From NCBI RefSeq assembly GCF_009914755.1, contig NC_060932.1: a DNA stretch of 64,000 bases; one strand, 5' to 3'. Within the stretch, counting starts at the first letter, position 1. Every line of letters begins with the position of its first letter. The position numbers were made by a program, and so were the translations under genes. This document shows, one piece after another, positions 45,641 to 60,758 of the stretch. This DNA comes from the human T2T-CHM13v2.0 reference genome, Homo sapiens. The notes beneath the pieces are model-generated. The model had not been told where the DNA came from and did not search any database. It saw only the letters and a list, made by a program, of their open reading frames with translations.

Positions 45641-45811
45641 CTGTGTTTCCAAACTCTGGCTGTACTTTTGAGTCATTTCAGAGCTTTAAAAAATTCCTGA
45701 TGTGTGTGCTTCACCCAAGACCGATTAAATTAACGGGATGAGACTCAGGCATAAGTATTTTTTAAAGCTCCTGAAATGATTCCAATTAACAGCCAAAGTT
45801 GAGAACCACTT
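45641..45811. mobile_element. MER5-like hAT element
   Basis: ...TTTTTAAAGCTCCTGAAATGATTCC...CAGCCAAAGTTGAGAACCACT. Confidence 0.7.
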
Positions 45812-45880
45812 CTCACCTATGTCAGCATATGTGTAGTATGTGTGTGAATTGCCATATAATTAATGTACCAAGAAAAAAAA

Positions 45881-46172
<292 letters not shown>

Positions 46173-46759
46173 CCAAGAAAATTAATGAGTTGAAACTAGG
46201 TTTAAATTTTTCTTACCAGAGATTATCATTAATTTCATTAAAATACATTTTATGTCTCACCTAAAGGCCACTGATAGACATACATGAATGAAAATGATTT
46301 TGCTTTTCACAAAAAGGATCCAGACTTAGCCAATTAGGATTAATATTAACTATATTATTATGTGAACTTATCAATATCATGTTTCACTCAACAACATGCC
46401 AATTATTCTAGTACTCTTTTTAAAAATAAGCAAGCTACAGGCTAAGGGGGGTGGTGTATCACCAAAGCACCTACAGCAACTGGCACAGGTTGGCAAAAGG
46501 GATCTCCAAATCTCCTTAAAACCAAGGGAATCCTGGGACTATTGAGAAATAAGAAGAGACCCACTGTCATCTACTTTCATCACAACCAACCTGTTTAGCC
46601 TTTAAAACCCCAGCAGTGAGACAAGGAGATAGATAAAAGGTCAGTTCATAAACCCTTCCAAAAATTACAATGGATTCCTAAAGAATCTTAATGAAAACCA
46701 AATCCTCCTAAGAGTCCTCCAGAAACTTCCCAGGTAGGCTGACCTTCCTTTACCATATA

Positions 46760-47460
46760 TAGAGGATAGGGATGATGTCACTAACTGTTAAAGGCAGTCT
46801 AGCTCTTCACTCTTGGGAGAAGAAGGCAGAAGAAGCAAAACTGGAGAAATGGCCTTGAAGAGGTGAAACAGGTTGGGATCCAGGACACAATGGAGGAGCT
46901 GGGCAAGTCAGCTGAGGGCACCTACATAAAAGGCACACAACATTTAAGCAGGTTAAAGAGCTATGTGAGGATTGGGGAAAGAAAGGAATAGTAAAATGGT
47001 GGCAGAATCAATGGATCTGCAGTATGAAAGGACTGTGGAAGTCAAATTACTAGACGGAATGAACTAGAAAGTTAAGAGGCAAGTGTCACAGAAAGATGAA
47101 AGACTGAAATTAACATTATGCAGTTATTGGTAATGATAAGGTCAAGAATGTGATTATAGGCATGAGTGGCTGAAGGAGAGTAGAGAACAAGATCACCGGA
47201 GATGTTAAAGAAACTAAAAGGTCAACATGCTGGAACAATCATCTATTTAAGTGTTGAAATCACCAAAAATTAAAATGGGGAATGCTAAAGAGAGTGAAAG
47301 TGAGCCATAAGAAATGTGATGAAATCACCCAGATGTAAATGACAATCATGAGGGAATGTGGGAAGTGTGTCTGCTAATATGAAACTCAAAACTGGGGGAT
47401 TGTCTCAAGGAAGAATACCTGGAATTGGCAATGAGGAGCAAAGAGTATATACTACAGGGA
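46760..47460 (-). mobile_element. L2 internal fragment
   Basis: Purine-rich GTGGCTGAAGGAGAG...ATGCTGGAACAATCATCTAT...TTGAAATCACC resembles antisense L2. Confidence 0.6.
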
Positions 47461-48787
47461 CCAAGAAATGTAAACGAGTAAAATACACACCCAAAAACAA
47501 GCTCAGTCTAGCACAAAACTAATGACCAACATATATTACTGTACTATAACACAGTAACGGCTACCACAGAGAACTATAGGTCCCACTGGAGGCCCAGTAG
47601 AGGAATCAGAGGTTTCACAAACGTGTGGAAGATGTAACATGGAGCTGAGTGCTCAACAATGAGTAAGGGCAAAAGCACCTTCAAGGCAGAAAGACACTAC
47701 AACTTAGGCAAAGGCAGAGAGATGTGAAAAGAACATAAAGCGTTCTGAGAAATGCAAACAGTTCAACATGATTAAGGGCAGAATGAGTCAGAAAGAGAGT
47801 CAGGACATATAGCTGGAAAGGTAGACCAAGGCTACAACTATTTTTTCTGTTAAAGCAAGAACAAAAGATATGAACAAATTAAATTGTTGCCCCTAAATCC
47901 TTCATAAAAACCATTAATAGAAAACAAAATTGACAAATTGTAGTTTCCTCTTATTTTCCTTAGTTTGTAGGAGATGCCAGGATGCAAATAACCTAATAGC
48001 CAGTTGCTTTAAGAAGATTAATCAACCCTTAGAGAACAAATGCTGCCACATTATATACAAATTTTATGATCATTATGATAATCTCCAATAGCCAAGATTT
48101 AAATGTGCCATAGAAAATTATGCACAACTAAGATATTGTAAGCAACTGAATAGAGCTCAAACATAAATGCATTAGTTGTAGATTTGTAACATGTATATAT
48201 GCAAACATAAATGTATACAGCTATATATAAATAAAAATTGCTTTCCATTTAAAAAAACAATATAAGTGAATGCAGAGATAATAAGAACAGTGGTATATAC
48301 AACTTTTATAAATGATTAATGTTAGAATTAAATATCACATTGGAAAAGATGTCTCACTAGGTAACTGTTGGTATATTTACTCTGTCTCCATTTCTACTTT
48401 AGCAGCTGTGATTTAATGGAAAGCACACCATATTTGGGAGCCAAAGAAAATATATTCAAGTACTGGCACTGGCACTTATGAACTATTAAGCAAGTCACTT
48501 AACTTTCCTGTGCCTGAGTTTAAATTACAAAATGGAAATCAAAAATCCATATATCATGTGGTTTTATTAAGATTTATATGAAGTACTATATCTAAAAGAG
48601 CTTTGTAAACCACAGTGAGCTACAAAATAGTTTAGTTACATACTTTGAAATATTATTAATGTAGAACTAAAAGCCTTCAAGCCATCTGCCGAACCCCCAC
48701 TCCCCAAAATAAAGCACGATTAAAATCTGAGATGATAAATCTGTTAGTCTGATAAGTATGTCTCACCACCTCTCTTCATAACCTTAC

Positions 48788-48901
48788 CTTTGAATGAGCA
48801 GGCCCTCTTTCATTCAGAAGTTTATACTGGGGTTGGACTCTATTGAAACGGGCTAACTCATTTACCAGACACATTGCAGTTTTCTCTTTTGGGTTTGCCA
48901 T
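48788..48901 (-). CDS. STAU2: STAU2 first coding exon of the long isoform (exon 48918-48788, with 17 nt of 5'UTR); N-terminal half of dsRBD1
   Basis: The minus strand reads TTTTATTTACAG|CTTCTCTCCAAGATAAAATGGCA... and ends AAG|GTAAGG. The 114 nt encode MANPKEKTAMCLVNELARFNRVQPQYKLLNERGPAHSK, the recognised STAU2 N-terminus; phase 0. Confidence 0.97.
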
Positions 48902-51900
48902 TTTATCTTGGAGAGAAGCTGTAAATAAAAAGGCTATAAAGTTTTTGTGAAGAATGACTTTACAAAATGGAAGAAAAACTAGTTTTGACTTTGAAGGTAG
49001 ATTGTATATTTAAATTATTTTCATGAATTTTGTATTTTAAAAATTCAAATTACCTAATGTCTTCCATTACATGCAACAGAAATATGTATCACATTTTAAA
49101 CAATAAATTAAGGTAAAATTTTTCCTAAGTACCTAAGTTGTTCTATGTATATAACAGCATGCTTAAAGATTTTAAAGTAAAATTATAATAATTTTTTATC
49201 TTAAAAACTTTCCTTTCCCCTCAAAAAATTTACTAGAAACACATACGTTTCCTGGTTCTTATTACTATGAAACTAAATTTTGTCTACCTTCTTGATCGTT
49301 TCATCTCAATTTTTTTCCTTCTCATTATGAGGCAGTGTGTTAGAAAAAGCTCTAGTCTTGGGAATCAGGTCCTAAGTTTAAGTACTAGCTCTTCCAACTA
49401 CAATTTTTCGGTAACTCTAAACAAATTAACTCCCCTTTCTGTTTTTTTAAATAAATTTTCAAAGTTGTAAAAAGAATAATTTAACAAGTGCCCATGTACC
49501 TAACACCCAGTGCTTATTAACCATGTTCCATGTTTAACTCTTATTAAAAAAAAAATAAGTGGTATTCCATTCCTGTTAAGTTCCTTATTATCTTTTACAG
49601 AGTATTGATGTATGTGGTTCTAGACTCACATAAATGGTATTATAGCATTATAATAAACATTCTCACAGTTTACTTTCTTCACTCTTCATTGTGTTCTCAA
49701 GACTTTTACTTATATAAATCTAGCACATTAATTTTAACTACCATAGAATTTCTTTTACAATATTGCACCAGTTTTTTTATCCACTCCTCTACTGAGACAC
49801 TGGGTTGTTTCCAATTCTTCACTCTTAAAGAGAGCATGCTGTCAAATAGCTCTCAAAATGACTGTACCAAATTACCTTCCCCTACCGTTTCTCCTCAAGC
49901 TCAAAAACATGGAATATAATCAAATATTTTAATTTCTGATAATTTGATATTTGACAAACAGTATCCCATTATTGTTCTTTGCATATTTTTCTCCACTACT
50001 ATTTTATGTTTGTTTGGGTTTTTTCTTGTTCAGAGACAGTCTCACTATGTTGCCCAGGCTGGACTCTAACCCTGGGTTCAAGCTATTTTCCCTACTCAGC
50101 CTCCCAAGTAGCTGAATTACAGGCTTCTATCCTTTTTTTTTTTTTTTGTATTATAGTTACCAACTTTTCCTTTTATGGTCTGTGCTTTTTACATCTTGTT
50201 TAGGAAGTCCTCTCTAACTGTCAAGATCTCAATGATTTTACTTAAACTCACTAAGCCTTCTATTCTTTCTATAAAATGAGAGAAATAAATCTATCCCGCT
50301 TAAGTCCCAAAGTTGTTGTGAGATTAAGAGTTGTAAATGTATGATATGGTTTTCTAAACTATATCGCAAATACAAGGTACTATTATAGCTTCAGAATATT
50401 TTTCTAATACCACATTATTTTAACCTATATTTTTCCTTTCTCTCATTTATAGACACATTTAATTACTTTTTTCTTTCACTTCCCATAAAAAATGCCAAAA
50501 TATATTTTAAAATCTAAGCATAAAACATGCAAGTGGATTACTTCCTGCTCATTTAAACTATAGTCACAATAAATACAGTTCAATTGTAGCCACAAGAATA
50601 CTTAAAATGAATGAAAATGGCTGGCTTTAGGAACTTCATCTACAAACTTCCTAGGCCAAAGTTTAATATTAAAAATAATATTCTTTTACATTTCTAATAC
50701 TCTTAACAGGCCCAATAATTTGTACAATGGCTTGATTGTGATAATTATGATTAAGAAACTATTTTATAAGAAAACTACGTAAGCACCTGGTAAGACCTAA
50801 GTAAAAAGAAGGAATCTAAGCAACCAATTGTAGGGCCAAGACAGCTGACAGTAGATTCTACAATTAAGCCATTGTAAGTGGCTTGCAAAAAAAAAAAAAA
50901 AAAAAAAAAAAAAACTAGTAATTATTACTTTTGGGAAAAGTACAAAAAAGACAAAAGTCAAGACAGTTCTGAGAAAACCTGCATTTTACCTATTCCATTG
51001 CATGTCACACAAATTTTATAAAACATCCTGTTCAATTTGGAAAGTCAGTCGTTATAAGAAAATACAAGGTAACCTGAGACGATAATCAGTTTTGGCCTTT
51101 GCATACCATTGCATGAATTCAAGTGCAACAGACAGCACAGCCAATTTAATATCAAAAAGCAAAAGCAGAATAATTGGTTAAAATGAGAAAATATTAAAGT
51201 CTGATAAAAATCAGCCAATTTTGCATAACACAAATAGCATTTATACCACCACTGTGTAATTTTCATAATTCAGTAATGCTGCATATTCATCTGTTACAAT
51301 GCAAAACATATTAGAAGCATACAAACATAGTGTGAAAATTTTATACTATGAAAATTGCTAATAGCATAGGTTCTACACATATTAAACAGCGATTTAAATG
51401 GTTCATTTATAATGAACCCGTTTGGTATGAAAACCTAATCTAAATCCTCTAAAGGAAAATGTTAACAAAAAACATGGTATAAAACTTATATTCCATTAAT
51501 TCTGACTTCCTGCTTCATAAAAGTTAACATGAATCCAATAACACATTTTAATGGGTGACTGAAGTTTTAGTGTGAGAAGGGTCCAAGATCCCACTTTGAT
51601 AAAGCTTCAAAATTAAAATCAAAATGTTTAAAGTTGATAACTTAGGAAATAATTAGTCATAGTTGTTTTATTTTAAAAAGGGATTAAAACAAATAGTTGT
51701 TCCTTTATTTAATGAGAAATCTTAATAGGATTCTTACTTGACAGAGAGCTCAGTAATACAGCAATAACTTTTAAATTACACCAAAATTTAGATAGAGCAT
51801 CTATAAAAACAAACTGGTCTATAAAATCTGAGACACATAAAAAAGTTATATAAATCTTTTTTAGAGAAGTCAATAGTGCAAAAAAGTGAGAAATGCACAT

Positions 51901-52069
51901 AATGTTACACAGGTATGCATTTTCAAAGACCTATAGATGTTATCACTGAAGATAGTTTGAAATAGTCTTCAAGTCCATTTGGTGGCTGGAATAGTAGAGA
52001 CCTACTTAGAAGTAAATAAAATTAATAAAAATGGATTCACAATCTCAGACTCTGCCACTTTGAAAGAAC

Positions 52070-52272
52070 AACTGCCACATGATGGTTAAGAGCCTGTTTT
52101 GGATATCTCTGTCACTTACTAATATCTGTGTGACCTTGAGAAAGTACTTAAATCTCACTTTCCCACAAAGTAAAATAGAGATAATAGTTGTTCTTATCTC
52201 ACTAGATAATTGCATGGATTGAATGAGATAATACCAAACACTGTTAACAATGATTAAAAATTCATTATTATT
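52070..52272 (+). mobile_element. MIR (similar MIR cores at ~790-930, 7510-7630, 44930-45060 and 48410-48620)
   Basis: CTGTCACTTACTA...TGTGTGACCTTGAGAAAGTACTTAA...GTAAAATAGAGATAATAGT. Confidence 0.8.
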
Positions 52273-52429
52273 CTGATTTAAACATTTGTTAAAACAATTA
52301 CACTATCATCAAATATTAAAACAGTGACATAAAAAGTCATGAAAAAAGTTTATAAAACTAAGTAAAAATATTCTTAGCCAAAATATTCTGTTACGATAAA
52401 TTGATTTTACTCATACAAATATACTTCTT

Positions 52430-52710
52430 GGCTGGGCATAGTGGCTCACATCTGTAATCCCAGTACATTGGGAGGCAGAGGCGGGAGGATCGCTTAAGGC
52501 CAGGGGTTTGAGAACAGCCTGGACAACATAGCGAGACCTCGTCTCCACAAAAAAATAAAAATATTAGCCATATGTCATGGCACATGCCTGTACTCCTTGA
52601 CACTCAGAAGGCTGAGATAGAAGGATTGCTTGAGCCCAGGAGTTCCAGACTGCAATCCAGCCTGGGTGACAGAGTGAGATCCTCTCTCAAAACAAAACAA
52701 AACAAAAAAC
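52430..52710 (+). mobile_element. AluJ with an internal deletion
   Basis: TSD AAATATACTTCT / AAGTATATTTCT. Confidence 0.92.
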
Positions 52711-53667
52711 AAGTATATTTCTGTAGTAGTCTGTGAAAAGCACGTATTTGTTATTATTTTTTCCACTGACTTATAAACCCATAAGTTCGTTTCCACTGAA
52801 AAATTCTCAAATATGATATAAATTATATTAAAGGTTTACATGTGCTAGGAAATATTCTACCTTCACTGATACGAAACTTGGTTAGATATAACTTACAACT
52901 TTGATAAGAAACACTGGTAAAATACATATTTATAATAACAGTATTTGCATATCCAACAAAAACATAAATATACTCTATTTTTAGATTCACTCTATTTTTA
53001 TGTCTTCACAAAATGTCCTGGACTCTGGAATTTGAATCTTCATTTTGCCTGTTCATTTGTATGTGTAGGAACCAGTGAAGAAACACAGCAACTGTGTTCA
53101 AGTCACTGAACAAGCTACAAAATAATGTAGCTCACAGGCAAAATGATCTGTCCCCAAAGGAGTTCACAGTCTGATAGAAGAAACAGACACAGACAATAGA
53201 CAAACACAATAAATCACAATATAAGTACTATAATAAGGCTGTTACAAAAACTCCTTAGACAAAGGGTGTATGGAAAGGCAAGTTTTAAGAGGTGGTGATT
53301 AGATAAGGAAAGCAAAAATTCACTTAGGTAACAAGGGAACGTGAGAGACAGTCCAAGCTTTTCAAGGAGTATAGACACAGGAGAAAGCACATAAAACAAC
53401 ATAACTTTCTGGCAAATGCAAGCAGAAAACTGGCAGAATACAGAACGCATGAGAAAAAACAGCAGAATAAAACTATGTGACCAGAATTCACTAGAACACC
53501 AAAAGTTTCCTAAACCAGAACTTAAAGTAGCATTTTTTAAAGTAGCTATATTCCAGCCAGAACTGTTGCTACTAAGGTCACAGACTACCTCGCTTCGCAA
53601 GGCAAATCATTCCAAAGAATCCTTTCCATCCTTGGTCCCAGAAATGACTTAAACACGGTTTCTTTCC

Positions 53668-53959
<292 letters not shown>

Positions 53960-54556
53960 TTAAACACAGTTTCTATGTCTCTTTACTGGTTCCCCTTTCT
54001 CTATTCTCTGCTATTGGAGGGAACTCATCCTAATTCCCAAGTAAAATAAGAAAGAAAAAAGTCAAAAGAGCAAAGGACCCTTTCATGGGCTCTTGCCTTC
54101 TAGGAGCAATCTGACAGATATGTCCCCAGCTATTAACTAAAACAAACCCTCTATTTTCAAATTAGACCCTAACATAAGGCTGTCCAAGCAAAATTATCGA
54201 CAAACTACCCAGGCATCAAACTGCTCCATTTTTAACAGTCTGTCCATTAGGAAAAAATTTAAGTTCCTCTCTCACATAAACACAAAGATAAATTTCAGAA
54301 ATATTAAAATGCAAAATACAAAAATTTCACAAAAACTAACGGAAATTAGCTAAATATCTGTCATACTCCTGTAACACAGAAGGCCTTCCTAGATATGAAA
54401 AGGAACCTAGAAGCCATAAAGGCAAAAACTGATAGTTAACAACATAAAAATAATAAAACTTCTCTAAAGCAAAACATACCACATATGACACTAAAGTCTA
54501 AGCCATTTTGAGTTACTTTTTGTATACAGAAGAAATACTTGCAATATGTGAAGAAA

Positions 54557-54856
54557 GGCCAGGCGTGGTGGCTCACGTCTGGAATCCCAGCACTTTGGGA
54601 GGTCAAGGCGGGCAGATCACCTGAGGTCAGGAGTTCCAGACCAGCCTGGCCAACATGGTGAAACCCCGTCTCTACAAAAATATACAAATTAGCCAGGCAT
54701 GATGGCGGGTGCCTGTAATCCCAGCTACTCAGTAGGCTGAGGCGAGAGAATCACTTGAACCCGGGAGGTGGTGGTTGCAAGTGGAACCAAGATCGCACCA
54801 CTGCACTCCACCCTAAGCAACAGAGCGAGACTCCGTCTCAAAAAAAAAAAAAAAAA
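54557..54856 (+). mobile_element. AluSx
   Basis: Full Alu; TSD-like TGTGAAGA / AGTGAAGA. Confidence 0.95.
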
Positions 54857-54942
54857 GTGAAGACAAACTGTTAACATTCATAAAATAAAAAGATACTATA
54901 AATCAATTTTTTTAAAGCCAATAGGAAAAAAGGGCAAAGTTA

Positions 54943-55242
<300 letters not shown>

Positions 55243-55632
55243 TCAAATTCCAGTGATATATAATTTTCCCCTATTAGACTGATAAAGATTTTTTTTAATA
55301 ATCATTTAAGTATTAACAAGTATGTGGGGAAAATGGGTGAGAATTCTGTTGGTGCAAATACAAATTAGTACAAAATTTCTGATGGGCAACATTGATTAAA
55401 GTTTCAATTGTACCTATCTTTAAAACAGCAATTATTAATCTGAGGATTCATACTACAGGAAGACATTTGCAATGATAATCTGGAAAACAAGACTATAATA
55501 GCAAAAACTATAAATGAGATAAATATTATTATTTACCAAAAATTGGTTAAACTACATGAATCATGCAGCTTTGAAAAGAGAGAGAGGTACAGAGCTTATG
55601 AATCAACATGGGAAAACTTTGCAAACTGGTGA

Positions 55633-56149
<517 letters not shown>

Positions 56150-56578
56150 TAAGTTCTTTCTAGTCTTGACAGTGCCACCATGGTCCTGAAAAACAGAAAA
56201 ATAATGCTCAAGGATCTGATTTAAAGCAGGCCATGTTGTGCCTCCATCTCCAACTTTTCCAGTGAAGCTATCTAGAGATTTAAACAGGACAAAAACACAG
56301 TGTGTCCTTACCAGTATTTAGTTTGGTCAGTCTTCTTAACTTCAGTCATTCTAAATATGTGTATAATGATACCTCGTGATTTTAATTTGCATCTCCCTAA
56401 TGAATACTGTTAATTAACTTTTTTTCATTTGCTTATATGTCATCTGTATCTCCTGTGGTGAAGTGTCTGAATATTTTACTTTTGATTTTTTTTTCTTATT
56501 GCTGAATTTGAAGAGTTCTTTACACATCCTACATACAAGTTACTGATTAGACATATGCTTGGTAAAGATTTTCTTCTA

Positions 56579-56875
56579 GGCCAGGCGCGGTGGCTCACGC
56601 CTGTAATCCCAGTACTTTGGGAGGCCAAGGCAGGTGGATCGTTTTAGGTCAGGAGTTCAAAACCAGTCTGGGCAACATGGTACCCCGCCTCTATTAAAAA
56701 TACAAAAAGTAGCTGGGCACGGTAGTGTGCGCCTGTGATCCCACCTACTCAGGAGGCTGAGGCACAAGAATCACTTGAGCCCAAGAGGTGAGGGGCTGCA
56801 GTGAGCCAAGAAGGTACCACTGCACTCCAGCCTGGGGAACAGAGCAAGACTCTGTCTCCAAAAAAAATAAATAAA
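56579..56875 (+). mobile_element. AluS
   Basis: Full Alu followed by ~80 bp of extra sequence before the host L1 resumes. Confidence 0.95.
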
Positions 56876-57311
56876 GTAGTAGGAAAAAGATGAATTGCTA
56901 ACAATGTTGCAGCAAATGGACAGTCATCTTAGAAAATAATAAAGAGGAATCACTACGAAAAAAATAAAATTTTTTTTCCCAAACTGTGGCTTTTCTCTTT
57001 ATTCTCTTACCAGTGTCTTTTAAAGAGCAGATTTTAATAGTCTAATTTATCAATTTTTATAGTTTGTACTTTTAATGTATATCTAAGAAATTATTACCTG
57101 AGGTCTAAAAATTTTTTTCTCCTGTTTTGTTCCACGAACATTATAGTTTTAGGTTTTACATTTAAGTCCAGAAGCCATTTTGAGTTAGTTTTCCTATACA
57201 GCGCAAGGTATGAATCCATTTTTTGTATATCAATATCCAATTGTTTCCAACTGTGGAAAAGGCTACATTTCTCCCACTACACTGCCTTTATGTCTTTGTC
57301 AAAATTATTAG

Positions 57312-57548
<237 letters not shown>

Positions 57549-57759
57549 TAATTCTTGAAATCAGGTAGTGTTGGCTCCCACACTGTTCTTTTTCACAGTT
57601 GTTTAAAGTTCTTTAAATTTCCACATGAATTTTAGAATCACCCTGTGCAGTTCTATAAAAAAGCCTGCAAAGATTGAAATATAAGTCTCTTAAATCTATA
57701 ATTTGGTGAAAATCAACATTTTAACAAAGTTGAGTATTCCAACCCATGAAAAGGATACA

Positions 57760-58437
57760 CAGTCACTTCTCATTATTGAGATAATAATATGTCAATGACT
57801 GTTATGTGAATTAGCAATTATAGAGCCATTGCTCCCAGGGGAACTAACGTATTAGGTTCTTGCAAGCTTCTGCTGACATTTTTGTGAACTGATCATATGT
57901 CATGTTTTATGTGTTTCTGTTTAGAGACTTCTTGTTTAGTATGTATTACTAATATATGTTACTGATTCATTAACATTGAACTCATGTCCAATAGTACTGT
58001 TTAACTCCTGCCTGAATAAAGCTTATCTAATGCACATATATTCTCCGTAAGGCATATCAGAGCCTCCTGGTACTTAGAAACACTATATGGCACTTAAACA
58101 TTACACTTTAAACATTTTAAACATCAAAATAACCATCTTTGTAAACATCAAAATAACCAACAAAAAGCACAAACATGCAAAAAATGCAGCACTAAATAAA
58201 CCAAGAAAGGGCTACTTGCTTACAGTATGAAACCCAAAATAAGAAAGCAGAGCATTGTCTTGTTTGATCCCAGCTGGGTATATACGTGTGCACTGGGTGA
58301 TTCAAAATGTTTTGCCCCTGCAAGTGTCTGAGAATGACCACAAAAGCACTGCAAGTATTGGTTTTGGGGTTACAAATAAAAATTAGTGAGTAAGCCAATT
58401 CCTAGGTAAAGAATCCATGAATAATGAGAATCAACTG
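57760..58437 (-). mobile_element. MER82-like Tigger DNA transposon
   Basis: TIRs CAGTCACTTCTCATTATT ... AATAATGAGAATCAACTG|TA. Confidence 0.82.
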
Positions 58438-58869
58438 TATCTTATTCAGGTATCCTTTAATTTCTTGCAGCAGTATTTTGTAGTTCTCATTTTCTTTAAC
58501 ATATTTTGTTAGACTTATCTCTAAGTAGTTCATATTTTTGATGCTTTTGAAAATGCTACTCTTTTATTTTCATTTATGATTGTTCTCTGCTAATGTATAG
58601 AAACACAATTGGTTTTTGCATACTGCTCTTCTATCCTGCAACTCTGCTATAGTAATTTATTAGTTCTAGTAGGATTCCATCAGATTTTCTACATAGACAA
58701 TCAGGTCATCTGTGAATAAGGACAGTTTTATTCATTTCTTTCCAATCTGAACACCATGCATTTCCTTCTCTTGCATGATGGCATGGGCTAGAACCTCCAC
58801 GGCAACGTCAAACGGAACTGGTTAAAGTGGACATCCCGTCTTCTTTTTTTAAAATAAGTGTCCAGTTTT

Positions 58870-59154
58870 GGCCAGGTGTGGTGGCTCACGCCTGTAATCC
58901 CAGCACTTTGGGAGGCCGAGGCAGGTGGATCACAAGGTCAGGAGATCGAGACCATCTTGGCCAACCTGGTGAAACCCCGTCTCTACTAAAAAATACAAAA
59001 AAATTAGCCAGACATAGTGGCGGGTGTCTGTAGTCCCAGCTACTACAGAGGCTGAGGCAGGAGAATGGCACGAACTCACAAGGGGGAGCTTTCAGTGAGC
59101 CGAGATCGTGCCACTTCAGCCTGGGCAACAGAGCGAGACTGTCTCAAAAAAAAA
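58870..59154 (+). mobile_element. AluY-like element
   Basis: TSD GTGTCCAGTTTT. Confidence 0.95.
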
Positions 59155-59745
59155 GGTGTCCAGTTTTTCACCAATAAGTACAAGGTCAGCTAATAAGGTT
59201 TTTCATAGAAGCACATTAGCAGGCTGGGAAAGTTCACTTCCACTTCTAGTTTGCTGAGAGTCTTTATGATACTGAATATTAGATTTTATCAAATGATTTT
59301 TCTGCATCTATTGAGATGATCATGTGATTTTTGCTTTTTAGTTCATTAATATGTTAAATTACACTACTGATTTTTTGGAACACTAAACCAACCCCACATT
59401 CCTGGGATAAACCCCACATGGTTATGACATATTATCCTTTTAATAAACTGTTGAATTAGATTTGCTGAAACTTTGTTTAGATTTTTGCAATTATATTTAT
59501 GAGACATACTGGTCTGTAATTTCCTTAAAATGTATTTGTCTGATTCTGGTATCCCAGTAATGCTGGCATCATGAGCCTTGTAAAAAATTCCTTCCACTTC
59601 AATATTTTTAAAAGCATATAAAATTGATATTATTTTTTCCTTAACTTGTATAATTCACCAGTGAAACTATCCGGACCTAGAGTTTTCTTTTTAAGTAGAC
59701 TTTTACTACAATTTTTATTTCTTTAGCATATAAAAAGCTACTCAG

Positions 59746-60039
59746 GGCTAGGCATGATAGCTCATGTCTGTAACCCTACCACTTCAGGCCAAAGCAAGAG
59801 GATCACTTGAGCCCAGGAGTTGGAGACCAGTCAGTACAACATGGTGAAACCTTATCTCTACAAACATTAAAAATAAAAAAATTAGCCAGGCATGGTAGCA
59901 TGTGCCTGAAGTCCCAGCTAGGAGGCTGAAGTGGGAAGATCACTTGAGGTCAAGGCCACAGTGAGCTATCATCGGACCACTGCTCTCCAGCCTGGGCGAC
60001 AGAGTGAGACCCTGTCTCAAAAAAAAAAAAAAAAAAAAA
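59746..60039 (+). mobile_element. AluJ
   Basis: TSD AAGCTACTCAG / AAGCTATTCAG. Confidence 0.92.
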
Positions 60040-60428
60040 GCTATTCAGGTTATCCATTTTCTTCTTCTTCCTTTGGGATTAATTTGTTCTTCTTTTTCTA
60101 GTCTTTTAAGATGGAAGCTGAAGTCAAATATTTGAGCTATTTGAGTTCATTCTTCTTTCAAAATATATACATTTGGAGCTATAAATTTCTCCCTAAATAC
60201 TGTTTTAGCAATATCTCCTAATGTTGTATTGCTGTTGTCATTTAGTTTAAAATACTTTCTAATTTACCTTTCCTTCTTTTTAAACCATAGATTACTTATA
60301 TTTTTTAATTTCCAAATATTTAGAGATTTCCCAAGAATCTTTCTGTTAATGATTCCTAATTCCACTGTAATCAGATACAATTTTTTAATGACTTGAATCC
60401 TTTTGAATTCATTTAAGACTTGTTTCAT

Positions 60429-60717
60429 GGCCAGGCACCATGGCTCACGCATGCAATCCTAGGAGTTTGGGAGGCAGAGGCAGGAGGATCACCTGAACCC
60501 AGGAGTTCTAGACCAACCTGGGCAACACAGTAAGATCCCAACACTACAAAAAAAAAAAAAAAAAAAGAATATTAGCTGGGTGTGGCGGCACACATTTATA
60601 GTCCTAGATACTCGGGGAGCAGAAATGGGAGGATTGTTTGAGCCCAGGAGGTCAAGGCTGCAGTCAGCCATGGTGGTACCACTTCACTACAGCGTGAACA
60701 AAGCAAAACCCCACCTC

Positions 60718-60755
<38 letters not shown>
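60429..60755 (+). mobile_element. AluJ with expanded middle and 3' A-tracts
   Basis: J-type GGAGGATTGTTTGAGCCCAGGAGGTCAAGGCTGCAG; tail of about 37 A. Confidence 0.92.

Positions 60756-60758
<3 letters not shown>

Noticed and set aside
53214-53652. Overlapping 128-aa and 78-aa ORFs
   Set aside because: Non-ATG or weak starts, no recognisable domain, partly L2-like sequence.
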